Of a stretch of 64,000 nt of DNA, positions 18,371-28,600 are shown piece after piece. The DNA comes from Patescibacteria group bacterium (GTDB lineage: Bacteria; Patescibacteriota; Patescibacteriia; PEXW01). The notes under the pieces were generated by a model that saw nothing but the letters and a program-made list of their open reading frames with translations, did not search any database and was not told the DNA's origin. Every line of letters starts with the position of its first letter. The stretch's first letter is position 1. The stretch is from the NCBI GenBank assembly GCA_041671325.1, contig JBAZBR010000003.1:132506-196505 (forward strand), written 5' to 3'. The position numbers were made by a program, and so were the translations under genes.

Positions 18371-21300
18371 ATGAAAAAGGGCGTAGAATTTAATATTCAT
18401 GAAAACTCACAAGAGGAAATTTTTTCCATTGAAGATAAGGCTCCAGAAAGAGAACTTAAAGGTTTTCGGAAATATTTTTTTGAAAGAGTAAGAACACCAG
18501 GCTTGGATCAAAATGTTACGTATACTGAGCAGGATTATGATATTGAGGAAACCAGAAGTGCGGATCAAATTACAATGGAGCGTGGTATCGCTGAAAAAAT
18601 AAGAGCGTCTGTTGATAATTTTTGTACAGAAAATGAGAGTGATTCGAAAGAATCACATGAGCAGACCAAAGAGAGGTGCCAAACAATCTTGGATGATCTC
18701 GTGGTTAATTATTGGAAAAGCCTTATGTCAACAGCTGGTAGGTCAGAATTTGAAGGATTGTTTAATAAAATGTTTGAAGCTGCCCCTAGTGAGGTAGAAA
18801 ATTATTTTAAGACTTTGGCTAGTGACGATAATGAAAGTAGTATTATTAAAACCAATCATTGGGTTGAAATCTTAAAAAATGTTTATTGGTCTGAGAAAGA
18901 AAAAGAGTGGCAGGATAATCACGGAGAGTCCGAACAGACCAATGATAAAGTTTATGAAAAAATTAAATTGTTGTTAAAAAATCTTGACGAAAAAAGCCAA
19001 GACAAATATTTTTTACATAATCGTTTGGCTAATATCTTAAAAGATATCGATACAGGCTTAAGTCCCATAGGAGATCGTCTACCTTTTGAAATCAATTTTG
19101 AGCATTACGCCATCTGGCTGGATAATGGCGGATTAGCAATTACCCCCATGATGGACGACGGTTCCATAGAAGATGATGTAAAGATGTACGAAGAATTTGA
19201 AGCATACTATTTACGTAAGTTATCAGAAATTTCTGACCCTGATGAAAAAAATGAATTTATTAGTCAGATGAACAATGATCTAAAAAAAGCAGAAGAATCA
19301 ATTAGAAGAAATTTTTATTTTGAAAAGATTGATCCTAAAACATTTGCTAATTCAATCGTGAGTAAAGGAAATTCAGAAGACAGCGTTACTAAGTTAGTTA
19401 ATTTTCGTTTTTTATATAATCGAGAAATTATCGGAGAGATTAGCAGGGATTTTCATATCGTTTTCGTTTATGAACCACCCGAGACGGTTTATCGTTTTTT
19501 AAATTTTGCTCAAAGCAAAACCCGCGAGGAATTACGTAGAGTCATGGATTTTTCTAGAATGTATAGTACCGACGGATTAAATTCTTTCTTATCAACCGAG
19601 CTTGATCCCGCTATGGGAGAAAGAATTTTGTCGATCGGAGAAAATCTACAGGATTCGCCGGAACTAGCAAATAAATTGTTTCGCGAGTATTCGATGGTTG
19701 CTCATCGTGCCACACAAACGGCTGGAGAAATCATCAAGTCATTTAGCTTGATATTTCCAGATAAACTAATAGAACAAAGCCAGGTAGTTGAGGCAATACT
19801 TATTAAGGCTAAAGATTTGCTTTTTCAGGTCAGCGAGGAAATCGGGACAAGTGATGACGAAGATAAGGAAGCGATTGTTAATCATGCAATTACTCAGTTA
19901 GAGAAACAGTTAGCAACTCAGAAAAAAGAAATTGGGGAGTTTGCGGAAATCGCTGGGCAGTTAAATGGGAAGTACCAGGAATTATTGAGTTCAGAGTTAG
20001 GCACAAAATTAGTAAATGATCTGGCAGAATTTCAAAAACACCTTCTGGATATGGAAGATACAGAGTTAAAACAACGTTTGCTGCAGGAACAAGAAATTTC
20101 AGGGAAGTTTTCAAGCGCCAGAATTGGTGAGATAATCGATCATTACCAAAGCGAGGTTGATTTTGAGCAAAGCAAGGAATTTCAAATCTTTAGAGGGCAA
20201 CTGTCTGTCGACCAACTTAGTGAATACATTGCTAAACAGAGGCAAAAGATTGAAACAACGTATAAACCCTTAATTCAAAAACTGGAAAAACTTTTGTCAT
20301 TTCAGGTTAATTTTGAAAAAAAGTTGGAACAAATTGTCATCGGCCACGAATCCGGAGTGCTGCCAAAAAATCTGTTAGAACGCTTGCCTGAAGAGGTCCA
20401 AGAAGTAAGACCGGAACGTCTGCCTGACAAAGAGCCGTTGTTTTTTCCTGTTGGCATTACCAAGGATCTGCCGGCAATGCAAGAGGTTTGGGCGGGTAAA
20501 AAAGAAACCGCCAAACCTATTGATATGTATGGCTATCTTTTTTGGCTCAACAATCAAGACCGGCCGGTTGAATTAGTCGTTTGCGACGAGATTCAAACCT
20601 CTAATTATCAAGCGCTGTACCCAGAATTATTAGCAGGCGGATCAGATGATCAGGCTCGCGAACAAGCGCGCCGTATTGGCAGGCAAGAAGTTGAACAATA
20701 TCAAAGAATTATTGAAACATTTGGTTTGTCAAACATAACCATTATTGATTATCACACCTTTAAGGAACGTAATGGTAATGCCATTGAAAAATATAAAGAG
20801 CTTTGTGAGCGGTTGGCGAAGAATGAAACTTGGAGAAACGCTTTTCTCTCAATGGTTCAGGAGTCGGTGTCTGGCGAAGAGCGGGAAAAATTTCTTGCTT
20901 ATGCCATTGAAGAGGTCAGCTGGATTTTGTCCAATGATGGCACCAAAGTTAGTCATGAAAATGAAACCCGCTATGATGCCATTGCCGCAATCATCAGGAA
21001 TATTGAAAATTACGGCCAGAAAAGACAGATAGATATTCTTGATCCAGAAAACGAAGCGCAATTTAATCAAGCTGCCTTAGCTGCCATAGCGGGGCTGCGT
21101 AATTTGATTAACGGGCGAAAGGATCGTGTCACGAAGGATTCTTCAGAGTACCGTTATTATCAAAGAATTGGTGAACATTTAGGAAAGATAAAACTTGGTC
21201 AGGTCGGCCAGCCTGATGATTTTGACGGGAAAACCATCGCGTTCAATTTCGCCATACCGTCGACCGGAGCGCAGAGTTTTGGCTGGCGCAGCCGCGGAGA

Positions 21301-21697
21301 GAAAGGATCCGAAAGCGTTCTAAAATTCAAGGAGCCGTATAGTACATATTTTTACCAGGGTGGGGCTGAACTTTTTCTTAACAGCGACCAGGTCGTAGCC
21401 GTTCCTGAAGGGCAGATAGCCGGAAAAATTTTAGCGCTTGATATCAATCAGCAGCAGGAATACGCGGAAAAAGTCGTGAAGCCAATCCTGGTCCACTATT
21501 TTAAAACTCTGGAAAATGCGCCAGCAGGATTTTTCAAGCTTATTGGCAAATCTCGAACAGAGCTTATAGCCGAATGCCAGTCCTCAGAAACCCTTATGGA
21601 TTTATTACAATTTGTTCAAAAAAATATTATTTCTCCCGTACAGCACAAGGAAACAAAACCAGTTGAATCTATTAGTTCGAAGCAGAAAGCGGCGTAA
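18371..21697 (+). CDS. Large acidic hypothetical protein with possible C-terminal CDPS-like Rossmann domain
   Basis: 1108-aa ORF; coiled coil; PVGIT, VVCDEIQTSNYQAL and YAIEE motifs. Confidence 0.8.
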   Translation: MKKGVEFNIHENSQEEIFSIEDKAPERELKGFRKYFFERVRTPGLDQNVTYTEQDYDIEETRSADQITMERGIAEKIRASVDNFCTENESDSKESHEQTKERCQTILDDLVVNYWKSLMSTAGRSEFEGLFNKMFEAAPSEVENYFKTLASDDNESSIIKTNHWVEILKNVYWSEKEKEWQDNHGESEQTNDKVYEKIKLLLKNLDEKSQDKYFLHNRLANILKDIDTGLSPIGDRLPFEINFEHYAIWLDNGGLAITPMMDDGSIEDDVKMYEEFEAYYLRKLSEISDPDEKNEFISQMNNDLKKAEESIRRNFYFEKIDPKTFANSIVSKGNSEDSVTKLVNFRFLYNREIIGEISRDFHIVFVYEPPETVYRFLNFAQSKTREELRRVMDFSRMYSTDGLNSFLSTELDPAMGERILSIGENLQDSPELANKLFREYSMVAHRATQTAGEIIKSFSLIFPDKLIEQSQVVEAILIKAKDLLFQVSEEIGTSDDEDKEAIVNHAITQLEKQLATQKKEIGEFAEIAGQLNGKYQELLSSELGTKLVNDLAEFQKHLLDMEDTELKQRLLQEQEISGKFSSARIGEIIDHYQSEVDFEQSKEFQIFRGQLSVDQLSEYIAKQRQKIETTYKPLIQKLEKLLSFQVNFEKKLEQIVIGHESGVLPKNLLERLPEEVQEVRPERLPDKEPLFFPVGITKDLPAMQEVWAGKKETAKPIDMYGYLFWLNNQDRPVELVVCDEIQTSNYQALYPELLAGGSDDQAREQARRIGRQEVEQYQRIIETFGLSNITIIDYHTFKERNGNAIEKYKELCERLAKNETWRNAFLSMVQESVSGEEREKFLAYAIEEVSWILSNDGTKVSHENETRYDAIAAIIRNIENYGQKRQIDILDPENEAQFNQAALAAIAGLRNLINGRKDRVTKDSSEYRYYQRIGEHLGKIKLGQVGQPDDFDGKTIAFNFAIPSTGAQSFGWRSRGEKGSESVLKFKEPYSTYFYQGGAELFLNSDQVVAVPEGQIAGKILALDINQQQEYAEKVVKPILVHYFKTLENAPAGFFKLIGKSRTELIAECQSSETLMDLLQFVQKNIISPVQHKETKPVESISSKQKAA

Positions 21698-22526
21698 TTT
21701 TTTTCATCTGTATTTTTAACCAGTCCGGCTGTTTGTCCTGGCAGTATTTGTTGCCTAACGCCCAACAAAAATTAAAGATTGAGGCCAGCATCGAATAAAT
21801 TTCGTTATTTTCCACGATAACACCAACGTGGTTTTTTTCGGAAAAGGTTACAAAGGACGCTTTGTTTTCGTAGATGTTTATTTCCGTGGCAAATGGGTAA
21901 AGCGTGTGATCGATAAAAATTATTTCCGTTAGTTCATTGGCTTGGTAGCCTTTCATGTAATCAAGTGCCTGGGCATTGTCAGGAATGATGACTTTTTCAA
22001 AAATCTGGAGTTTTTTTCTTTTAGGGGCGTAGTAATTCGTATTCCAGTCTTTAAGGTACTTTGCGTACCCAGCTACGTCAGAAAAAGTTAATAATTTTTT
22101 CTCCTTATTATCAATCAGCGTATCCTCAAGGACTTCTTTAATTCCATCCAAACCTTCAAAAAATCTAACACCCGGCTTGTTCATAGCCAATCGGTAAGCA
22201 GAAGCAATGCTATTAAAACTGGTTTTTAAAATGCGATCCTGCTGTTGGATTAATTTTTCCTGTTCTTCCAGGAGTATTTTAAACCGATCTGGAGGCTCCA
22301 CCATAAAGACTTTTTTGCCGCGTTCTTCGGTTTCCGTCACTAAGCCTTTGTGGGTTAAATCTTTCAGAATGTCATAGGTATTACCGCGCTTATAAGGCGT
22401 TTTAGGCAAGAGCTTGCCCATATTGACCTTGCCTAAAGAGAGCAGGGCTTCGTAAACCACGGCTTCTTTCTCTGAAAGGCCGATTTGGGTAAGAGTTTTA
22501 GCTAAAGAGGAGGCTATTTTTGGCAT
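21672..22526 (-). CDS. TrmB-family transcriptional regulator (copy 3)
   Basis: GLSEKEAVVYEALLSLG, KRGNTYDILKDL, KPGVRFFEGLDGI, EINIYENK. Confidence 0.9.
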   Translation of the reverse strand: MPKIASSLAKTLTQIGLSEKEAVVYEALLSLGKVNMGKLLPKTPYKRGNTYDILKDLTHKGLVTETEERGKKVFMVEPPDRFKILLEEQEKLIQQQDRILKTSFNSIASAYRLAMNKPGVRFFEGLDGIKEVLEDTLIDNKEKKLLTFSDVAGYAKYLKDWNTNYYAPKRKKLQIFEKVIIPDNAQALDYMKGYQANELTEIIFIDHTLYPFATEINIYENKASFVTFSEKNHVGVIVENNEIYSMLASIFNFCWALGNKYCQDKQPDWLKIQMKKITPLSASN

Positions 22527-22747
22527 GTTTTTTAGAGTAAATTAAGCTTATTTGATGGGTTGAACCTGTGGATAACTTTATTTCAAACTAAAGATTAATT
22601 GACAAGAAAGCGTTATTACGTAATCAAGTTTAGCAAAAATAAAATATATTGTCAAATATATATGACATAATTATACATATAAATATTAATTATTTATGCT
22701 ATTAATATTAATAAATGACAAAATGATGTATTTTTTGGCACTATGAC

Positions 22748-22826
22748 TTGACAGTTTTTCAATATGGGTATATACTCCCTTGTTACGCTAGAAATGGTTA
22801 CCAAAGGAACTCCTGAACTTTGAAAA
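22748..22826 (+). promoter_or_regulatory. Consensus promoter and boxA-like motif at the head of the cassette-like operon
   Basis: TTGACA(22748)-17-TATACT(22771); TGAACTTTGAAAA at 22814. Confidence 0.7.
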
Positions 22827-23525
22827 ATGAATAGCGATAAATTCCACTCACCTTTAAAAAGCACTCGGGGTGAGCATGGAGAGAGCGCCTTCCCCCGCGT
22901 TTGCGGGGATGGCGAAAAGATAGCGAAAGCTATTTAGAGCTTGCTTATTAATTTATTATTCAAATGAATTTAAACCAATAAAAGGGACTCTCTCAAGTTT
23001 TTGAGCAGAGTCCCTTTTAATTTGGTAAATCTCCAGGGGTATAGAGAGGATCCGCCTTCGTCCCGCTTTACGCGGGACTTCGGCGGACAAAGAGAAGGAT
23101 TGAATAACCATAATAATCATTTACAGTCCTTATCTCTTCTCTAAACTCTTTTGAGAGAGAAAGAGTGAATAAATGTTCTTAAAAAACAAAATAAAAATTT
23201 GTTCTTAGTAATTGCTCTTTATTTGTTCTTTATATCAGCTGTTTGAAATTTTATTTCTGGAATTTTTGGAGAGAGAGATTGAAATAAGATTTTGAACTTG
23301 ATTTGGCGAGTCGTAGTCGGGAATCCATAAGCTACGTTGAATGACGTGGCGCGGTTAACAAGATCACTAAACTCGCCCCAAGTGCGCGCCCTCATTACAT
23401 TTGTAGTGGGGGTTGCAGTTGGGAAACCAACAAAAAAAAGAAAAACAGCTCGAACCACAACGGTTCGGGTAGAAGATAAAACAAACCAAGTCCCATTTTG
23501 CTCAAAGCGAAGATGGGCGTGGAGG
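22780..23525 (+). ncRNA. Putative long structured leader RNA
   Basis: About 750 nt without a credible ORF; many hairpins, including TAGC-GAAA-GCTA and a terminator-like stem at 22980-23018. Confidence 0.4.
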
Positions 23526-23529
23526 AACA

Positions 23530-24159
23530 ATGAAAAATTTGAAATGGGTTCCTATTGTAATATGTAGGAGCCTAGAAATAATCTGTTGCATACCCTTATG
23601 GGTAGTGCAGCAGATAATAACCCGCCCCTTATTGGGGTGGAGAGTTCGTCGTACCGTCATTGACGGTAAGATTTCGTGTACGATGTCCAGAGGTTGTTGG
23701 GTTGAAAATCCAAACGGCCAGGACGTATATTCATTTGGTCCCCACGGAAACCCCGGGGACCAAATTCAACTCGTGTATCTTGGTGGATTGATTGGTTGGA
23801 GAATTTCTCCAACCAACCTCTCCACCTCCCCGAGGATGGAGCTGGAGGGAAGGAAGGGGTACCGTCGCGGCTACGAGGCCGCGATTACGGAATTACTGGG
23901 CAGCCTGACCGGCAGCTATTACCAGGAGGTAATAGGGCCGGGGGGATTTATAGAAGAGGGTCAGATGACCCTCAAGAATTTCTTGCAGGCCGGCTGGGCG
24001 TCGGCCTGCAATTACGACTATTCTTCCGAAAGCGCCTCTTTTAGAGGCGAGACGGAAGAATGCGTGGTAGAAGCCAACCACTATTCTGGTGGGTGGGATG
24101 ACGGGGTGATAAATATAGTCATCACCCATAAGGAGGCCATAAAGAAAGCCGCCGGCTAG
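23530..24159 (+). CDS. Hypothetical protein (array ORF1)
   Basis: GGAGG RBS, 209 aa. Confidence 0.7.
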   Translation: MKNLKWVPIVICRSLEIICCIPLWVVQQIITRPLLGWRVRRTVIDGKISCTMSRGCWVENPNGQDVYSFGPHGNPGDQIQLVYLGGLIGWRISPTNLSTSPRMELEGRKGYRRGYEAAITELLGSLTGSYYQEVIGPGGFIEEGQMTLKNFLQAGWASACNYDYSSESASFRGETEECVVEANHYSGGWDDGVINIVITHKEAIKKAAG

Positions 24160-24357
24160 CACTGCCGTTCGGCTTCATGAGGAAACAGGCGAGCTCGCAC
24201 GCTTGTCTGTTTCCTCTCTCAAATTTAGCTTGTGGAAATTTTTACAGGCTGAAACATGGGAAAATAGCCCGGACCACAACAGTTCGGGCAAAAGATAAAA
24301 AACACAAAAAAACAAAGTCCCACATTGCATGATGTAATAGTGGGCGTGGAGGATGAG

Positions 24358-24705
24358 ATGAAGCTAAATACACTTTTGGAAAGTCTCTCGTTACTTGGGG
24401 AATTATTTCCCCAAGGCCAGGACATCGTTGTTCTGTTGGGGGAGGCGTCCACATCCCTGCAACGGGATGTGGATATAGTTGAAATCTCGGTAGTCTCTCG
24501 GGAAGACTTTGGTAAATTCCAAAGTCTTCCCGCAAAGGAGTTTGGCACTGAGCCGTACACAGGCTCGGACGACTGTCAAACATGGACCCACTGCTTCAAA
24601 CGCGGTGGGTTCGTCCTAGTAGTTACAGGGTTCCATGCCGGCTTCGAAACCGGCGCGGACGAACAGAAGTGGGAGGGGGGTAGAATATATTACCTACCCC
24701 TTTGA
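24358..24705 (+). CDS. Hypothetical protein (array ORF2)
   Basis: ATG 24358 after GGAGG. Confidence 0.65.
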   Translation: MKLNTLLESLSLLGELFPQGQDIVVLLGEASTSLQRDVDIVEISVVSREDFGKFQSLPAKEFGTEPYTGSDDCQTWTHCFKRGGFVLVVTGFHAGFETGADEQKWEGGRIYYLPL

Positions 24706-24819
24706 AAGTTCGGAGCACTTAGACAGGATGCGTTATGCACATACGCATCCTGTCACTTTTTCAGAATTCTTCAATTGTTGGAGATTTCTGAAGAAGAAAA
24801 CTGGTAGAAAGGAGGATTA

Positions 24820-25749
24820 ATGAACTATCGGTTTGGAATTCTTGATCCGCGGCAGATTCCGGCGGCGGAAGAAAACAATGCTAAGGTGCTCGGTCCGAGT
24901 ACCTTAGGGGTTGAAGTCACCGTGCCGGCACTTGCCACACGGTGCGGGCTGGGGAATATCGATCCCCAGCACTCTGACGGCCAGGTTGACTTGGCCGCCA
25001 TCGAAGTTGCTCTGACGGCAGAATTGCAGCCCGACGGAGCGACTTTGGTTACCAACCGCGCCGACTTGGATGCGGTTGGTACTATGGCGGTATTTTCGCT
25101 CCGCGCCAAAGGCGTCGAATTGACGCCGGAGACGCTTGAGCGGTTCCGCCTCATTGCCGAGGCGGACAAGTTCGCCCGCGGGGGTTGGTCTGGTCCGCGG
25201 CTGCTGCCGACCGTCGAACAGCTGTTCGACGATTCGATGGCGTCGGCCGATACCGACAGCCGGCTGGCGCCGATGTCAGCCGCGATCGGGGATTTTAAGA
25301 TCCCGATAGCGGATCGGGTCGCCTGGATGGAGCACTGGCTCCTGACAGGCGAGGAGCCGGACGGGTACCGCGATCGTTGGCTCGCGGAACGCCGGCAGAT
25401 CGCCGAGGCCATCGCCAACGGCTCGATGAAAGTCGAGCTGGCGGCTGACGGCCAAATTGCCACGGTGGTTAGCACCCACCGTGCAGCTACGACGCTGGGT
25501 TACTGCTTAGCGCCGGTGGTTATCGCCCTCAATCCGGAGTTCCGGGTGCAGGGCAGTGAGGCACACCCGAAATTTACGGTGTGCCAATTCCAGGTCGGCC
25601 ATGCCGATCTGGTCGCGGCGAAGAAAGATCTCGCCGCCAAAGAAACTGGGTGGGGCGGTAGTCCCACCATCATTGGATCTCCTCAAGGAGTCGGCAGTTC
25701 GCTGACCCTGGAGGAGGTTATTGAGGTGGTTGCACGCCATCTCAAATAG
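24820..25749 (+). CDS. Hypothetical protein, possibly DHH-phosphoesterase-like (array ORF3)
   Basis: AAGGAGG RBS; NIDPQH, ADLDA, GWGGSPTIIGSP motifs; visibly GC-rich. Confidence 0.75.
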   Translation: MNYRFGILDPRQIPAAEENNAKVLGPSTLGVEVTVPALATRCGLGNIDPQHSDGQVDLAAIEVALTAELQPDGATLVTNRADLDAVGTMAVFSLRAKGVELTPETLERFRLIAEADKFARGGWSGPRLLPTVEQLFDDSMASADTDSRLAPMSAAIGDFKIPIADRVAWMEHWLLTGEEPDGYRDRWLAERRQIAEAIANGSMKVELAADGQIATVVSTHRAATTLGYCLAPVVIALNPEFRVQGSEAHPKFTVCQFQVGHADLVAAKKDLAAKETGWGGSPTIIGSPQGVGSSLTLEEVIEVVARHLK

Positions 25750-26007
25750 TATTTTTTTGGGGAGCCGTGTGTGTTTGCACAAACACGCGGCCCCCCTCTT
25801 TATCCGAATTCATCATTACTACGAATTTGTACGAATTCGTAAAAACAAATGGTGGGTTCAGAAAAAGTAGCCATAAATATTTCTCTTCCCACACCGGGTC
25901 AGATCCTTGCGTTGCATCATTACCTAATGGCGAAACGCAAGATTGCTCTTTCCAATCTGACCCGCTGTAGAGAGAGAAAAAATAAGACAAGAAGAAAGGA
26001 AGTAAAA

Positions 26008-26793
26008 ATGGGCATTGGGGAATTTATGTTTGAGGGGCTAGAGTGGTTGGGCCATGACGAAGATGGCCCGGACCCTGTGGCGAGTATCGAGTGCCACGAT
26101 CTTGCAAAGCCGGGAGGGTTTTGTGGGATCAAGGTGGAGAGAACCCATGATGGAAGCGTATACAATGTATTTTCATACGGGTTCAGGGATCATTATGATC
26201 CCGAGAAAGCAGCTCAAATAAATGAACTGATTGGCGGGGATCGGATTATTTTGTTCCGTCCCCAATGGACTCTTAACAACGCCTTCACGGAAACGTGCAA
26301 GGAATTGTTAAGGAAAGTCAGGGTCGGCTGGAAATGGCATCCAGTCGAAATCATCCTATCTCTCCGGGAGCTTGCGCTAGCTCCCATGTCTAGTTCCGAG
26401 GGAAACCAGCTTTCCTGGAAAAGATGTTTCCCGGTTTCCACCTATTTTAAAAAGAGGTGGGATAAAGTTGACGAGTTATGGGCAGTGTTGGAAGGAAACA
26501 CCCAACTCGTCGAGATATGGATCAAGGCGATCCAAGAAAGCGTCATCTTGATTGGGGGATTGGAAAAGTATAGCTGGGTGGACGCCAACACCCGTCTTGA
26601 ATGGGTCGGGTTTCGGGAAGGGAAGAATGGAGCAATCCTGGGTCGAACTGACGATGGGAAAATTTCCTTCCCGGAAAGGAGAGGAATTATTCCCAAGGAT
26701 GGCGACAGGTGGCTGGTTGCAATCGTTGGCACCAATCTGAAAGGAAGCGTGAACTTCCTGCGGTTGGTGTCTAATAAGGAAATAAGTTGGTAA
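26008..26793 (+). CDS. Hypothetical protein (array ORF4)
   Basis: ATG 26008 after AAGGA, in frame with 25849-26793. Confidence 0.7.
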   Translation: MGIGEFMFEGLEWLGHDEDGPDPVASIECHDLAKPGGFCGIKVERTHDGSVYNVFSYGFRDHYDPEKAAQINELIGGDRIILFRPQWTLNNAFTETCKELLRKVRVGWKWHPVEIILSLRELALAPMSSSEGNQLSWKRCFPVSTYFKKRWDKVDELWAVLEGNTQLVEIWIKAIQESVILIGGLEKYSWVDANTRLEWVGFREGKNGAILGRTDDGKISFPERRGIIPKDGDRWLVAIVGTNLKGSVNFLRLVSNKEISW

Positions 26794-26796
26794 TTT

Positions 26797-27816
26797 TTTC
26801 CGGGCCACGTGAGGAGGGCCCATTGTCCGGCGCAAGCTGGATAAAAAGTCTTGGTTTGTCTGCACGGGCATACCTTGATCTCCTCTCTCTTTTCTACCTC
26901 ATAGCAATTTGTGTGAGGTGGAAGTGGAGAAAGAAAACCGCCCGCGCCATTACGGTTCGGGTAAAAGATACAAAAACAAACAAAGTCCCATCCCGCATCA
27001 GGCGAGGGTGGGTGAGGAGGAAGAAATGAGAACCGAAAAAGGTTGGCCGTCGCAGGCCGACAGCGGCTCAGAAAAGGGCTGCTTAGTTTTTAAGGAAGGG
27101 GGCGAAACGACGACAACTTACTTCGATAGCTTCGAAGAGGCGGTCGCTGTTTTCCTGGGTCTCTACAACGAGTACCCAGGAATTATTTGGCGGGGGGATT
27201 GTTGGAAACCTGATCTTAACCACCGCTGCAGCGTGCCCCACAAGCCGTGGGGCAGCAACGGCGGTAGGTGGTACAATCCCGAGTATGGCCGAGAAGTAAT
27301 CCTTTATTACAAGGACGGCCGCCGTGAGGGATGGCAGAGTCCGTGTTGCGACAAGACCGGCCGTTTCTATCGCGGCGCGTTTGTACGTCAGACCATGCCG
27401 CATATCGTACCAGGATATGGGTACATGCAGCGACGCAAACCACGCCGTGACGACCTTCTCCCTGCTGGGACGGCACGGAGTGATTGGGCATACAATAACC
27501 CGGATCCCGTGAACATTGGCGGGGTGATCGTGGATCAGCGGGAGATCAACCGCATCCGGAAATTGACCGAAGCGCTCCCAACCCACATCACCACGTGGGA
27601 CGCTTCGGGGAGCTACCTTTATTTGGAGGAAATTGTTTGGGGTGATGAACCCCAGCTAATGTTTGAGAAGGCGGTTAGACAGTAATTCGGGCCATGTGAG
27701 GAGGGCCCATTGTCCAGCGCACGCTGGATGAAAAGTCTTGGATTGTTTGCACAAACATACCTAGACCTCCTCTCTCTTTTCTACCTCATAGCATTTGTGT
27801 GAGGTGGAAGTGGAGA
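26797..27816 (+). repeat. About 130-bp imperfect direct repeat flanking array ORF5
   Basis: 26797-26930 vs 27686-27816, differences preserve stems. Confidence 0.9.
27026..27685 (+). CDS. Hypothetical protein (array ORF5)
   Basis: ATG 27026 after GAGGAGG. Confidence 0.7.
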   Translation: MRTEKGWPSQADSGSEKGCLVFKEGGETTTTYFDSFEEAVAVFLGLYNEYPGIIWRGDCWKPDLNHRCSVPHKPWGSNGGRWYNPEYGREVILYYKDGRREGWQSPCCDKTGRFYRGAFVRQTMPHIVPGYGYMQRRKPRRDDLLPAGTARSDWAYNNPDPVNIGGVIVDQREINRIRKLTEALPTHITTWDASGSYLYLEEIVWGDEPQLMFEKAVRQ

Positions 27817-27883
27817 TTGTTCCATACACCGGACGACGCGGTAAACCGGTCGAGCCATTAATCAGCCTAAAGGAGGTGAAAAA

Positions 27884-28309
27884 ATGGCAAAGTACGTTAT
27901 CGCCCAAGAGGGCGATCGCGTGGGAGAGGTGAAATCCACTCTACGGGCTGAAATTAATCTCGGCCTGAAGAAGGGGTATGCCGGTTTCCTCCAGGAGAAA
28001 GAGGAAGTAATCTCTTTCTTGAAGGAGGAGTATCGGCAGGCCTTGGCCGCCGGTCTGAACTTTATCCCGGTCGGGATACAGCAGACCGACTTAGTGTACG
28101 CATACCCAGTCGAGGGTGGCGTGCACGCCGAGGCTGAACCGTCGTTGACGCTTTTCGCCGACAGGAATCCGTTGTACTCAACGGAGTCGGAAGAAGAGTG
28201 GCAGGCGATGGTGGAAGATCTCGCCTCCAAGCTGGCCGAAAAGTTCGACCAGTTCCGGGTGTACGTTACGTACATTCGCGTGGAGGTGAAGATTTTCCAG
28301 AAGGCCTAA
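27884..28309 (+). CDS. Hypothetical protein (array ORF6)
   Basis: AAGGAGGTGA RBS, 141 aa. Confidence 0.75.
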   Translation: MAKYVIAQEGDRVGEVKSTLRAEINLGLKKGYAGFLQEKEEVISFLKEEYRQALAAGLNFIPVGIQQTDLVYAYPVEGGVHAEAEPSLTLFADRNPLYSTESEEEWQAMVEDLASKLAEKFDQFRVYVTYIRVEVKIFQKA

Positions 28310-28600
28310 GGCCTTCTATGTCTCCCACAAAACCCCGGCACCGAGGGTTCATATCGGGCGGCTGTAGCATAAGACAGCCTGAATTGGAGGCTCGAAAAAA
28401 GCAATAGTTCGGATGGCCGAATATTGATAATTCGAGTTGAGCCAATATCTTACAAAGTTTTTGGGAAACGGTTGCGCGCACTATTGCATCCGTTTCCCTC
28501 TCTTTTTCAGCTCTTAAATCGAGGGTTGAAAGTGGAGAAAAAATAGTCCAAACCACTACGGTTTGGGCAAAAATAAAAAAAGTTATTCCAGGAGGAAAAG

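Noticed and set aside
22567-22575. DnaA box TGTGGATAA as replication origin
   Set aside because: Only one box seen and no dnaA/dnaN nearby.
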